Source: Coleofasciculus sp. B1-GNL1-01 (GTDB lineage: Bacteria; Cyanobacteriota; Cyanobacteriia; Cyanobacteriales; Coleofasciculaceae). From it: DNA of 20,174 bases. The stretch lies in assembly GCA_040220235.1 (NCBI GenBank), contig JAVJTO010000093.1; one strand, 5' to 3'. Every line of letters starts with the position of its first letter. Positions within the stretch are counted from its first letter, which is position 1. Shown here piece by piece: positions 1 to 8,700 of the stretch. The notes beneath the pieces are model-generated. The model was not told where the DNA came from and did no database searches. It saw nothing but the letters and a program-made list of their open reading frames with translations. Made by a program: the position numbers and the translations under genes.

Positions 1-2
1 AA

Positions 3-224
3 TTTTTTGGTGGTAATGTGATTAATCTAGAGGATGAATTGAATCTGCCTACATTGGAGATAAGAACATCCACAGAGGTAACCAAGCCAACCATACCTTC
101 GCTTCAATCCCAGTCGTTTAATGAGACAGATTCAATCACCAATAAAAATAAGCAAACACCAGAGACAACAACCAAAAATTCGGTTCCACCATTACAGCGA
201 TCGGATACCTTGGAATACGATTAA
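3..224 (+). CDS. 3' end of a gene entering from the left edge (low-complexity Ser/Thr/Pro-rich tail)
   Basis: The frame is open from base 3 (FFGGNVINLEDELNLP...TLEYD*), so the GTG at 18 is probably internal. FFGGxVI loosely recalls the C-terminal tail of cyanobacterial DnaX, but the fragment is too short to assign. Confidence 0.55.
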   Translation, partial: FFGGNVINLEDELNLPTLEIRTSTEVTKPTIPSLQSQSFNETDSITNKNKQTPETTTKNSVPPLQRSDTLEYD

Positions 225-248
225 AATGGTGATATTTCGTTTTAATTA

Positions 249-443
249 GGGCTTGATGCACAACCCGGAAACCCTGATCCATAAATACATTGAGGCGTAT
301 GGACAGTGGATAAAGTGCCAGGAAATGGGGTAGCATCCTTCCTAAGTATGGCATCACCTTGCTCAGGGAAAATGGACCCTTGCTCCCCCAGCTTCCCCAG
401 CTTCCCCTGCTCCCCCTCACCTCACCACTTATTCAGCAAGCCC
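249..443. mobile_element. MITE copy 1 (195 bp, non-autonomous)
   Basis: Ends GGGCTTGATG...CAGCAAGCCC form a terminal inverted repeat, flanked by direct TAATTA at 243-248 and 444-449. A closely similar inverted copy lies at 14932-15137. Confidence 0.9.
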
Positions 444-450
444 TAATTAT

Positions 451-475
451 GTAGCGAGCAAGATGCTCGCACTAC
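451..475. repeat. GTAG-type REP-like palindrome
   Basis: GTAGCGAGCAAGATGCTCGCACTAC: GCGAGCA/TGCTCGC stem with GTAG...CTAC ends. Confidence 0.8.
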
Positions 476-529
476 GGCAAGGATTTCGCCATTATCACCC
501 CATCTCCCCATCTCCCCATTGGTGACAAG

Positions 530-1911
530 TTAAGGCTGTGTGCCAATAGTCAAGGGGGTTTCTGCTATAGGCTGGAAGAAAAACTTACTCTTGGTGTGTT
601 GTTTATCCGGAAAGGGAGCTACAATAAGCTTGACATTGGGTTTCAAGAGCTGTTTGACAATACCTAAATCTTGATTAGATGGAGCGGCTTGCATATTGAA
701 CCGGGTCAGGAGCCAACCCTTTTTGATGAGCGACATAAAAATGATAAAGTCCTCGATAAATCATCTGTAAAGAGATACGGTCAAAAGGTAAAGAAAGCTC
801 ATCAGCCACAGCATCGCCTAAATCGACTAAAACCGCATAAAATAGCCAAGTTTCCCAAAGCTGTAGCTTGATTCCATTGAGAGAGCCAGTCCATAAATAA
901 CTTAAACGTAGAAGGCGCTTAACCGTATTAAAAGCTTCTTCAATCCGCCATCGCCGTCGATACAAATCAGCAACGACATAGGGTGGTAATATAGTAGGGT
1001 CAAGCACAGATGTTAGATAAGAGTGCCAAATCTTACCTGAACGTACTTCAATGAGGCGTAAGGTAACTTGCTTCGTTTTTTTTGCTCCCGAACCGATCCG
1101 AATCAGATGGTCACGAATGCCATAACTATCGGTAAAAACTTGCTGGACTTGAATTGAAGCGCCTTTCTTTCTTCGAGTGATAAAATGAATATTTTTGTCA
1201 ATTATTTCCTGCCAAAACTGAAAATGATAAAACCCTCGATCCAGCAATAGCAAGGTGTTTGACTCGACTAAACTCAAAAGATTTGACTCGATCTGGGTAT
1301 CAGACGCCCTGGGATTTTCTTGGAACCAAATTTCCACGGGGAGCCGGGTGATTAAATCAATCACTACACTCATCTTTCCAGCTAACTGACCTTTGGGGAC
1401 AGTCTCTAAGCTTTTCAGCTTTCTGAACAACGCTTCTAGTGTGGAACTATCAGCTATCCAAATTCTCTCAAATCTGGATAAAGTAAACTGTACACTTTCG
1501 GGTAGGGGACGACGATGCCTCAATTGCCAATTGTTGCTTAATTCAGGTAACAATTGTTTGAAAACATTCTCGAATAATTGTGCCGGAAAACTTAAAAATC
1601 GTTGAGAAATGGCTTGTTGACTTACCTGCGTCGGGGAACACCATAAAAATCCCTCTCTGGCTAATATTCGAGTTAATTCTCTAACCCCAGCAACCGGATC
1701 GCCATAATAGGGTTAACACCGCCGCCACCATCAAAGGTAAGTTAAGAATCCGGTCTCTCAATCCCAATTGGCGATAATAATTTTCTTGGCTGGTTAGAGC
1801 GGGTTTGACCAATGCTAATGCTTCTAATTGAGAAGCTATGACTTCATCTTCCACCATCGGACGTTGGGTCTGTTTGGCGTGGTCTCGATTAGTTTTCCGG
1901 CTTCGACTCAT
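530..1911 (-). pseudogene. IS4-family DDE transposase, two frameshifts
   Basis: ATG at 1911 (MSRSRKTNRDH) follows a GGAGG RBS. A frameshift near 1699 (LLWR / PVAGVRELTRILAREGFLWCSP...LLPEL) joins the 675-1553 ORF, which has ADSS, LLDRGF and the IS4 YREK signature YRRRWRIEEAFNTVK. A second frameshift near 690 continues as AAPSNQDLGIVK... to a stop at 530 inside the TIR. Confidence 0.9.
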
Positions 1912-1946
1912 CCATTCCTCCTGTGTGGACAACAACTTGGCGCAGA

Positions 1947-1971
1947 AGTTCGCGTACAATATCCGCGAACT
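1947..1971. promoter_or_regulatory. Palindromic site AGTTCGCG-N9-CGCGAACT (copy A), possible operator or recombination site
   Basis: AGTTCGCG TACAATATC CGCGAACT, ~35 bp upstream of the transposase ATG; second copy at 2254-2282. Function is inferred only. Confidence 0.5.
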
Positions 1972-2225
1972 AACTTAGAATTTTCTTTTTTCCCTTGCCA
2001 GTTTTCGATGGAAAAATGGGATGGAGAGCTTGTAGTTTATAGTACCAGTAAGTTCCCGATGTACCCCTAGCAAAAAGAGCGCATTAGCCAGCAGTCGGCA
2101 GGGGCGACGGAACCCTCTTTGGATATTTGGTTGATTTCCATCGAAAGCGCGGCTATGGCAGCTTGAAGTTGATCCGCCCGATTGAGTCTGTCTTGTTGTT
2201 GCCTTAGTTTTCTCTTATTGCTCAT
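1970..2225 (-). pseudogene. Small IS-borne accessory ORF (~84 aa if repaired), one frameshift
   Basis: AAGAGG RBS, then ATG at 2225: MSNKRKLRQQQDRLNRADQLQAAIAALSMEINQISKEGSVAPADCWLMRSF. Removing one base from the A5 run at 2072-2076 continues the frame as ARGTSGTYWYYKLQALHPIFPSKTGKGKKKILS* to 1970. Not in the supplied ORF track. Confidence 0.65.
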
Positions 2226-2253
2226 AATTGATTGCCTCTTCTGTATCCTGTGA

Positions 2254-2282
2254 TTAGTTCGCGGTTAATATACGCGAACTAA
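2254..2282. promoter_or_regulatory. Palindromic site TTAGTTCGCG-N9-CGCGAACTAA (copy B)
   Basis: Perfect 10-bp arms with a 9-bp spacer, ~30 bp upstream of the accessory ORF start. Confidence 0.5.
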
Positions 2283-2396
2283 ATCCTGGATATATTCTCT
2301 CACACTCCCTTGACAGCTGGCATACAGGCTTAACTTGTCACCAATGGGGTGGGGTAGAGTCAAGGTATTGCTTGGGTTTTCCGCTTAAGTTAACAC

Positions 2397-2420
2397 GGGC
2401 GCACGTCGGTGCGCCCCTAC
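2397..2420 (-). repeat. GTAG-type REP-like palindrome
   Basis: Reverse complement is GTAGGGGCGCACCGACGTGCGCCC, with a GGGCGCAC/GTGCGCCC stem. Confidence 0.8.
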
Positions 2421-2499
2421 GGTTTCTGGGCGTGTGAGATAAATCAATTAAATTAGGTATCCCCCGCCACGACATCACCGACGATTACACCAACCAACG

Positions 2500-2778
2500 C
2501 TATGCAAACGGTTTGGTTAAACGGGAACAATAGCGATCCTCAACAATAGTCGATCGAGAGGACATCTTTACCGATTTATGGTGCGAGGTTGGGGAAACCA
2601 CCTCTTTTTCTGGATGAATTGTAATCTGCTTACACACTAATTGCTGACTTCCGGGACGCACAAACCCCCAGGTATACACTTGGGAATCAGGGGTTGTCGC
2701 TTGCGCGGGAGCTAGTCGGAATGTGGTTGATAATACTAGCCCTAAAATAAATAAAATGACAAGTACGGTTTTCCGCAT
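2500..2778 (-). CDS. Small hypothetical secreted protein (92 aa)
   Basis: Sec-type signal peptide MRK + hydrophobic stretch + AQA cleavage motif; two Cys in the mature part; GAGAG upstream of the ATG. Confidence 0.75.
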   Translation of the reverse strand: MRKTVLVILFILGLVLSTTFRLAPAQATTPDSQVYTWGFVRPGSQQLVCKQITIHPEKEVVSPTSHHKSVKMSSRSTIVEDRYCSRLTKPFA

Positions 2779-2977
2779 TTATTTCTCTCAGTTGACTGAG
2801 TTCAAAATTAATTTTTCTCTCTACTCTCTATTATAGGTAATCGAACAAAATTAAACTTCCTTTACAACCTAAAACGCCAAAGGATAAACTCTAACTTCAT
2901 CTAACTTCATCTGTCTCCCATCTTTCCCAATACTACTCGGATAAGCTCTAAATGTAATTTCTGCTCCCCCAGCTTCC

Positions 2978-3001
2978 AGACGCGCCATAGCACGTCTCTA
3001 C
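2978..3001 (-). repeat. GTAGAGACG-type REP-like palindrome
   Basis: Reverse complement is GTAGAGACGTGCTATGGCGCGTCT; same family as 12989-13016. Confidence 0.8.
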
Positions 3002-3016
3002 ATTGCTCCCCCTGCT

Positions 3017-5167
3017 TCATCCCTCATCCCTCATCGTCAAAAAAAATCCGTCATGCTGGAGGTGCGCCAGGGAACGGTTAAGATAGATTTGTGCGATCGC
3101 ATCTTGGGGATTCATTCTCAACACCTGTTCAAACCGCTGTTTCGCTTTGCCAAAGGCTTGCTTGGCGTAGAGGAATAACCCTTCTTCAAAGATGGAGAGT
3201 GTGGCTAACTTGCCCTCCTTAATCTTGAGCGGATCTCCATCAAACACTTCAAACACCGCCACAGCTTTTGACTTCCCCTTAACCTTAACCTGCTCCACAA
3301 ACCGGAGACTATAGTCGGTTGGATTATGTAAACGAGTTAACGTCTGTCCCGAAATTAATAACGACACCTTATACTGTTTCGTTAGTCCCTCCAAACGAGC
3401 CGCTAAATTCACATCATCACTAATCACCGTACTATCTATTCGGTGTTTTCCCCCAACTGTACCCAGCATCAACGATCCTGTATTAATGCCAATACCAATT
3501 TTGATAGGGGTATACCCTGATTGCAGACGACATAAATTATACTCATACAATCGCTGCACCATGGCAATTCCAGCTTGAACCGCATCATCCGCAATCCCAC
3601 CAAAGAGTGCCATAATTGCATCGCCCATATATTTATCGATAAAGCCTTGATGTTCGATAATCGCTGGCTCCATCCGCTTTAAAAAGGCGTTAATAAATTT
3701 GAAATTCTCTTGGGGGGTCATCCGTTCCGAGAGAGTGGTGAAATCCCGAATATCTGAGAAAAGGACGGACATTTCCTGCTGAACTTGATCGCCCAATTCA
3801 ACATCAACCACACTTTCTTTATTTAAAATCTGTAAGAATTGGCTGGGAACAAACCGGGAGAAAGATTGATTCAGGTGGAACAGTTCATTCGTGAACTTGA
3901 TTCGCTCCGCCTCCGCTTGTTTGCGAGAGGTAATATCTTCCACAAACCCCTGATAATAAAGTGGAGTTCCCGACGCATCATATACAGTGCGAGCATTTTC
4001 ACTAATCCAAATAATTGTGCCATCTTTGCGACAAATCATCGACTCAAACTCGCACACGACACCATGCTGCTGCATCCGTGTCATGAATTCCGGACGCCGA
4101 CGGGGGTCAACGTAGAGTTGATAGTGAATACTATTAATAATTGTTAGCAATTCTTCCGGGGAATCGTAGCCGTAGATGTGCGCTAAAGCGGGGTTAGCAC
4201 TTAGATAACTCCCATCTAGGGCAATCTGAAAGATTCCTTCTTGGGCGTTTTCAAAGATAGAGCGATACTTTTGTTCTGCTTTCACCAGTGCCGCTTCAGC
4301 TTCTTTGCGTAAACGTAACTCATTATAGACATCGCTAATATCTCGACCTTCGATAATTAAAAACTCAATACTGCCATTGTCATTAATAATGGGTTTAATC
4401 GAAAAATCAACTGTCACAATGCATTGTTTTGCGCCTAATATATCCACTTCATAACGGATAAACTTACCGTTAGCCGCTTGAGCAATGGCAGATTGTAACT
4501 GAGTTTGGGTTTCGCTGGAAATAGTCCACCAATAACAGTCCCAAAACGGTTTTCCTGCCACATCCTCTAAATGTAAGTCACCCAAATTAAGGGCAGTTTG
4601 GTTGACTTCTAGGACAATTCCGTCAGCACTCAGCATTCCCGTAAACTGAAAAGTTTGATTGAAAATCGCCCGAAATTTTAACTCACTAGCACTGAGGGAT
4701 TGAATCGATTGTTGTAGGTCTCGATTTAAAGATTTAAGTTTGGCGTTTTGTTTGTCCAACTTTTTTGCTTGCAGATAACTATTAACGGCTTCTTTTACCG
4801 TCAAACTTAAGTCAGACGCCTGCCATGGCTTGGCGATATAACGATAGAGTTTGGCATACTTAATCGCATTGCCTACGGCTTCAATATCCGCTTGTCCGGT
4901 GAGCATAATTTTCAGCGTTTTCGGTGACAACTCATGGACACGCTTTAAAAGTTCATCTCCTTTCATCCCTGGCATGATATGGTCAGAGATAACCAAAAGA
5001 ATCTCATAGTCCTCCTCTAAGAGTTCTTCAACTAACTCTAATGCCTCTTCTCCCGCTTCGGCAATTTCGATCAGGTAATTCTTGCCAATCGCTTCCTTAA
5101 GCTCAGCTTTTAGACTTCTGAGTACTGTTTTCTCATCATCGACACAAATAATTACCTGTTTAGTCAT
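3017..5167 (-). CDS. Receiver-PAS-PAS class III adenylate cyclase (716 aa)
   Basis: N-terminal REC (VDDE, ISDHIMP, LTGQA, KPW); two PAS/PAC domains (FRAIFNQ...EGRDIS; YRSIFENA...GFVEDIT); cyclase motifs FSDIRDFT, DKYMGDA, GINTG and TVISDDVNLAARLE. The Lys + Thr specificity pair is typical of class IIIb adenylate cyclases. Short TPR-like tail. Confidence 0.93.
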   Translation of the reverse strand: MTKQVIICVDDEKTVLRSLKAELKEAIGKNYLIEIAEAGEEALELVEELLEEDYEILLVISDHIMPGMKGDELLKRVHELSPKTLKIMLTGQADIEAVGNAIKYAKLYRYIAKPWQASDLSLTVKEAVNSYLQAKKLDKQNAKLKSLNRDLQQSIQSLSASELKFRAIFNQTFQFTGMLSADGIVLEVNQTALNLGDLHLEDVAGKPFWDCYWWTISSETQTQLQSAIAQAANGKFIRYEVDILGAKQCIVTVDFSIKPIINDNGSIEFLIIEGRDISDVYNELRLRKEAEAALVKAEQKYRSIFENAQEGIFQIALDGSYLSANPALAHIYGYDSPEELLTIINSIHYQLYVDPRRRPEFMTRMQQHGVVCEFESMICRKDGTIIWISENARTVYDASGTPLYYQGFVEDITSRKQAEAERIKFTNELFHLNQSFSRFVPSQFLQILNKESVVDVELGDQVQQEMSVLFSDIRDFTTLSERMTPQENFKFINAFLKRMEPAIIEHQGFIDKYMGDAIMALFGGIADDAVQAGIAMVQRLYEYNLCRLQSGYTPIKIGIGINTGSLMLGTVGGKHRIDSTVISDDVNLAARLEGLTKQYKVSLLISGQTLTRLHNPTDYSLRFVEQVKVKGKSKAVAVFEVFDGDPLKIKEGKLATLSIFEEGLFLYAKQAFGKAKQRFEQVLRMNPQDAIAQIYLNRSLAHLQHDGFFLTMRDEG
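4307..4335 (-). repeat. 21-nt SDR5-like insertion splitting a HIP1 site, in frame in the cyclase
   Basis: Minus strand reads GCGAT|GTCTATAATGAGTTACGTTTA|CGC. Removing 4310-4330 restores GCGATCGC and the canonical PAC ending RDISDRKEAE. Confidence 0.85.
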
Positions 5168-5259
5168 AGTAGATTGCCCGTAGGGTTACGCCGAAGTCAC
5201 AAGGATTTTGGATGGGGTTTAAATCATCGGATTGAGTGGGTAATTTTCCAATCAGTACG

Positions 5260-5655
5260 TTAGAGTTGAGATAATCCTAATTTAATAACTTCTACTAATT
5301 CCGCTTCTGACCAGGGTTTGTATAAGCAGTAATGCAGCTTTGCTTGCTGTTTTGCGCGTTCAATCGCCTCTTCATCTGCTTGACCTGTCAGCAGGATTTT
5401 AATGATATGGGGAAATTTATGATGCACCTGAACCAGAAACTCATCCCCTTTCATTCCCGGCATTAACCAATCCGATACAATCAGAATAATACTGACATTT
5501 TCTTCTACAAGTTCATCTATTAATTCTAACGCTTCATCAGCCGCTTCTGCCAGTTCATAGGTATAAGCATCGCCAAAGGCTTCTTTGAGTTGAGCTTTGA
5601 GGCTTTTGAGAACGACTTTTTCATCGTCAACACACAAAATAACGGGTTTAGTCAT
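5260..5655 (-). CDS. Single-domain response regulator (CheY-like, 131 aa)
   Basis: VDDE, VSDWLMP (phospho-acceptor Asp), LTGQA and KPW motifs; no output domain. Confidence 0.93.
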   Translation of the reverse strand: MTKPVILCVDDEKVVLKSLKAQLKEAFGDAYTYELAEAADEALELIDELVEENVSIILIVSDWLMPGMKGDEFLVQVHHKFPHIIKILLTGQADEEAIERAKQQAKLHYCLYKPWSEAELVEVIKLGLSQL

Positions 5656-5668
5656 TGGTTATTTATTA

Positions 5669-5731
5669 GGGAACGGGGAACAGGGAACAGAGAACAGGGA
5701 ACAGAGAACGGGGAACAGGGAACAGGGAACA
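5669..5731. repeat. STRR-type heptamer tandem repeat, (GRGAACR)x9
   Basis: Nine units of GGGAACA/GAGAACA/GGGAACG/GAGAACG. The same unit occurs inverted near 15298-15319. Confidence 0.92.
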
Positions 5732-5792
5732 TGAAATAGAAAGTTCTACTCTTATTTTTATCTCATTATCATATCCTTCTCCTTTGTCTTCT

Positions 5793-8700
5793 CTAGCCTT
5801 CCGCTGTCCGAAAAGGCAATGAAACCGTAAAGGTGGTTTTACCGGGAATAGATTCAATGTCAATTTTACCCTGATGCTTTTCAATAATCTTTTTCACAAT
5901 ATCAAGCCCTAATCCACTTCCTTCTCCGGCTGACTTGGTTGTAAAAAATGGCTGAAATATCTTAGCTTTAATTTCTGGAGGGATTCCTTTACCACTATCG
6001 GTAATGCTAACGTTTATTTGTTGGTTTTTCTGTTTGACATCAATGGTTAATGTTCCTTTATTATCCATTGCCTGTAACGCATTGTGAATCAGGTTCGTCC
6101 AGACTTGATTCAGTTCATCCGCATAACATAATATCGGTGGTAACTCGTCATAGTTGCGGATGACATTAATTCCATGTTTGAGTTGATTCTGATACAGGGT
6201 TAGCACGGTTTCAATACCTGCTGTTAGGTTTGCCGGAATCATTACCCCCGATTCGTCATAACGGGAGTATGTTTTTAAGGCAAACACTACTTTAGAAGCT
6301 CGTTCAGTTGCGGTGTTGATGGTTTGAGTTCCCCGTTGTAATCCCGATAGTTTGTACGCTGTTTCTAAGAGGTGCGAACTATCGGGGCGTTTCAGTAAAT
6401 GAAAAAAGTCTTCAATGTTTTCATAAATCCCCATATCAACCAAAGTATCGGCTAGAGTATCCGCATCCTGAATCTCTTCCGCCTCTAATTGGCGAACTAA
6501 GACTCGCCGCCGTTTGCGTTCTTCTTTCGCGGTTAAATCCGATTCGTTTTGGAGTGAACGTTGTAACATGTTCAAAAAATCTTGTCCTTCTTCTGGAGAT
6601 AATGATTGAAACAGGGTAGGTAATTGTTCGAGGGTTTGACTTAAAAACTTAGAAATATTTCCGGCGGAGGAACGAATCGCCCCCAAGGGTGTATTAATTT
6701 CATGGGCAATCCCAGCAATTAATTGTCCCAAGGCTGCCATCTTTTCCGATTGAATCAGTTCATCTTGGGTAGCTTTGAGAGAGTCGAGGGTATTTTTTAA
6801 CTCTTGGGTGCGGGCGGCAACTTTTTGTTCTAGCGTGTTATAAAGTCGGGCATTGTCGATCGCGATCGCGGCTTGTCCAGATAGGAGTTGTAATACTTCT
6901 AACCTGTCTGGCGTAAAGGCGTCTGTAGCCAGGTTATTTTCCAGATAAACGATACCACTGAGTTGACCTTGATTCAGTAGCGGCGCACACAAAACGGATT
7001 GGGTTTGATGGGCTTGAATATAGGGATCATTGGTAAACTTGCCAATCTTGGCGGCATTGGTTTTAACCACGGTTTCTTGGGTATGAGTGACATAGTTAAT
7101 TATGGAAAGCGGTAGGTGATTCGCCACAGGAAGAGATTGCAACACAGTAACCTGATTCGTCTCCCCATTCAGCGACGCCTCAATCACCCATTCTCCCGAT
7201 TGATTTAAAATCAACATGCCCGTTTGCGCCCCCGTATTTTCGATTAAAATTTTCATCAACGCCGCCAGTAACTTACTCAGTTCAATTTCACTACCAATGG
7301 CTTCAGAGGCTTTCATCAGTGTGGCAAAATCTAACGCCGAAGCCGACTGATTTCTCTGAGACACACTACTCACCGTCGTGCGGCTGTCTGTGAGAAAACT
7401 GACGGGAGACGATGGCGCAAAAAGCTGGGGATGTTGGGCTTCTAAATCCTTCACCTTCGCCGTCGCCCCCCAGCGCATGTAAGCGTAATGTGCCTCTTTA
7501 AGATAGGTATGGGCAACCCTGTCCATGCCCCGATGCTGATAAAATAGGGCGGCTAAATTGTAAGCTAAGGCTTCCTCCTGAATATAGCCATTCTCCCTCG
7601 CCCCGTTAATCGCTTGTTCATACCATTCCATCGCCGTCACCACTTCCCCCAAAACTCGCGCTTTTTCGGCGGTAACTAAATCAAGTTTATGCTGCTGATT
7701 CATGGGACCGTGGTTTGCCCAGATCTGCATTTTTTCTTGATTAGCGTTAACTCGGTTAATCAACGCCTGTTTATCCGTTGGTGTGGCTTCAGATACGAGG
7801 GCGAGATGGGCAAGAGAATCATAAAAATAGAAAATTGGAATCACGATCATTGCCGTAACGCCATTTAAATATTGTTCCGCTAAAACTGCATTTTCTACCG
7901 CTTGCTCAACCTCACCAAAGAGATAACAGAGAATCAGCTTATTTAAATAGAATAAATGCAGTTCTGTTCGGTCATTCGCCGCCAGCGCCCGGGGTAAGGA
8001 TGTCTCTTCATTATACGCCTTCCCCGTTAACTGGGTGGGATTTTCTCCTTGACCCCGTAAATTCTGCACCGCCTGTAAAAAAATTGCCGTCCAATTAAAT
8101 GGACTTTCCCGACGAATTTGCCGCACCGCCTGACTATAAGTGGTGATTTCTTGTTCCAATTGAGCCAGTTCAACTCCACTAAAATAGAGATGATCGCAGG
8201 TATAAAAGGCGCAATACCCGGCAAATTCAAAATCTCCCGTTTCTATACCACTGTGATAGCCCTCAATCAGGATAGGTACAGTTTGACTAAAATGTTCTTT
8301 CCAATGCAAATTATGAGCGCCCAGCACTTCTAAAACTTTACATTTGACTTGCTGGGCATTAAACCAATTCACTAAACTAAGCGCTAATTTACCCAATTGA
8401 TATCCCGCCTCAAAATTGTGCTGACGATCCAATAAAATACATCCATAACAGGCATACCCAAATGCTGACAATGGCGCGTTCCCATACTTAACTGATAATT
8501 GAACCATAGATGAGGCAATCAGAACAAAAAGATCAGGTGCGGCGATATAAGCAGCGGCAATTAAATTGGAGAGAATTAGCACAGCAGCGAGGGGTTCAGC
8601 GGCGGTCATTTCCGGTAGGTTAATTAGGTCTTCAATCTCATGTAATGCCACTATCACCGCTGTTTCTTCGATTCCATTTTGCAAATCCGCAGCACTGGGT

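Larger units (their letters stand above)
517..2346 (-). mobile_element. IS4-family insertion sequence, degraded (~1.83 kb)
   Basis: 29-bp TIRs: CATTGGTGACAAGTTAAGGCTGTGTGCCA (517-545) versus the reverse complement of 2318-2346, CATTGGTGACAAGTTAAGCCTGTATGCCA (27/29 identical). Encodes a DDE transposase. No target duplication visible. Confidence 0.92.

Noticed and set aside
136..420. 94-aa minus-strand ORF, and the similar case at 14866-15078
   Set aside because: Both run through the MITE and its 9-mer repeats; no independent coding evidence.
680..1700. Programmed frameshifting in the IS4 transposase
   Set aside because: Two separate shifts without slippery heptamers, plus a third in the accessory ORF, fit decay (or sequencing error) better.
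1947..2282. Palindromes as XerC/D dif sites
   Set aside because: The arms recall a XerC arm, but there is no XerD arm (TTATGTTAAAT) and the 11-6-11 geometry is absent.
2891..2912. CTAACTTCAT tandem duplication
   Set aside because: Only two copies; most simply a slippage duplication with no evidence of function.
5669..5731. Possible CRISPR array
   Set aside because: Contiguous 7-nt units with no spacers and no cas genes; this is an STRR.
5666..5884. 72-aa ORF ending in SLFPVP repeats
   Set aside because: This is the translation of the heptamer array and it overlaps the kinase 3' end.
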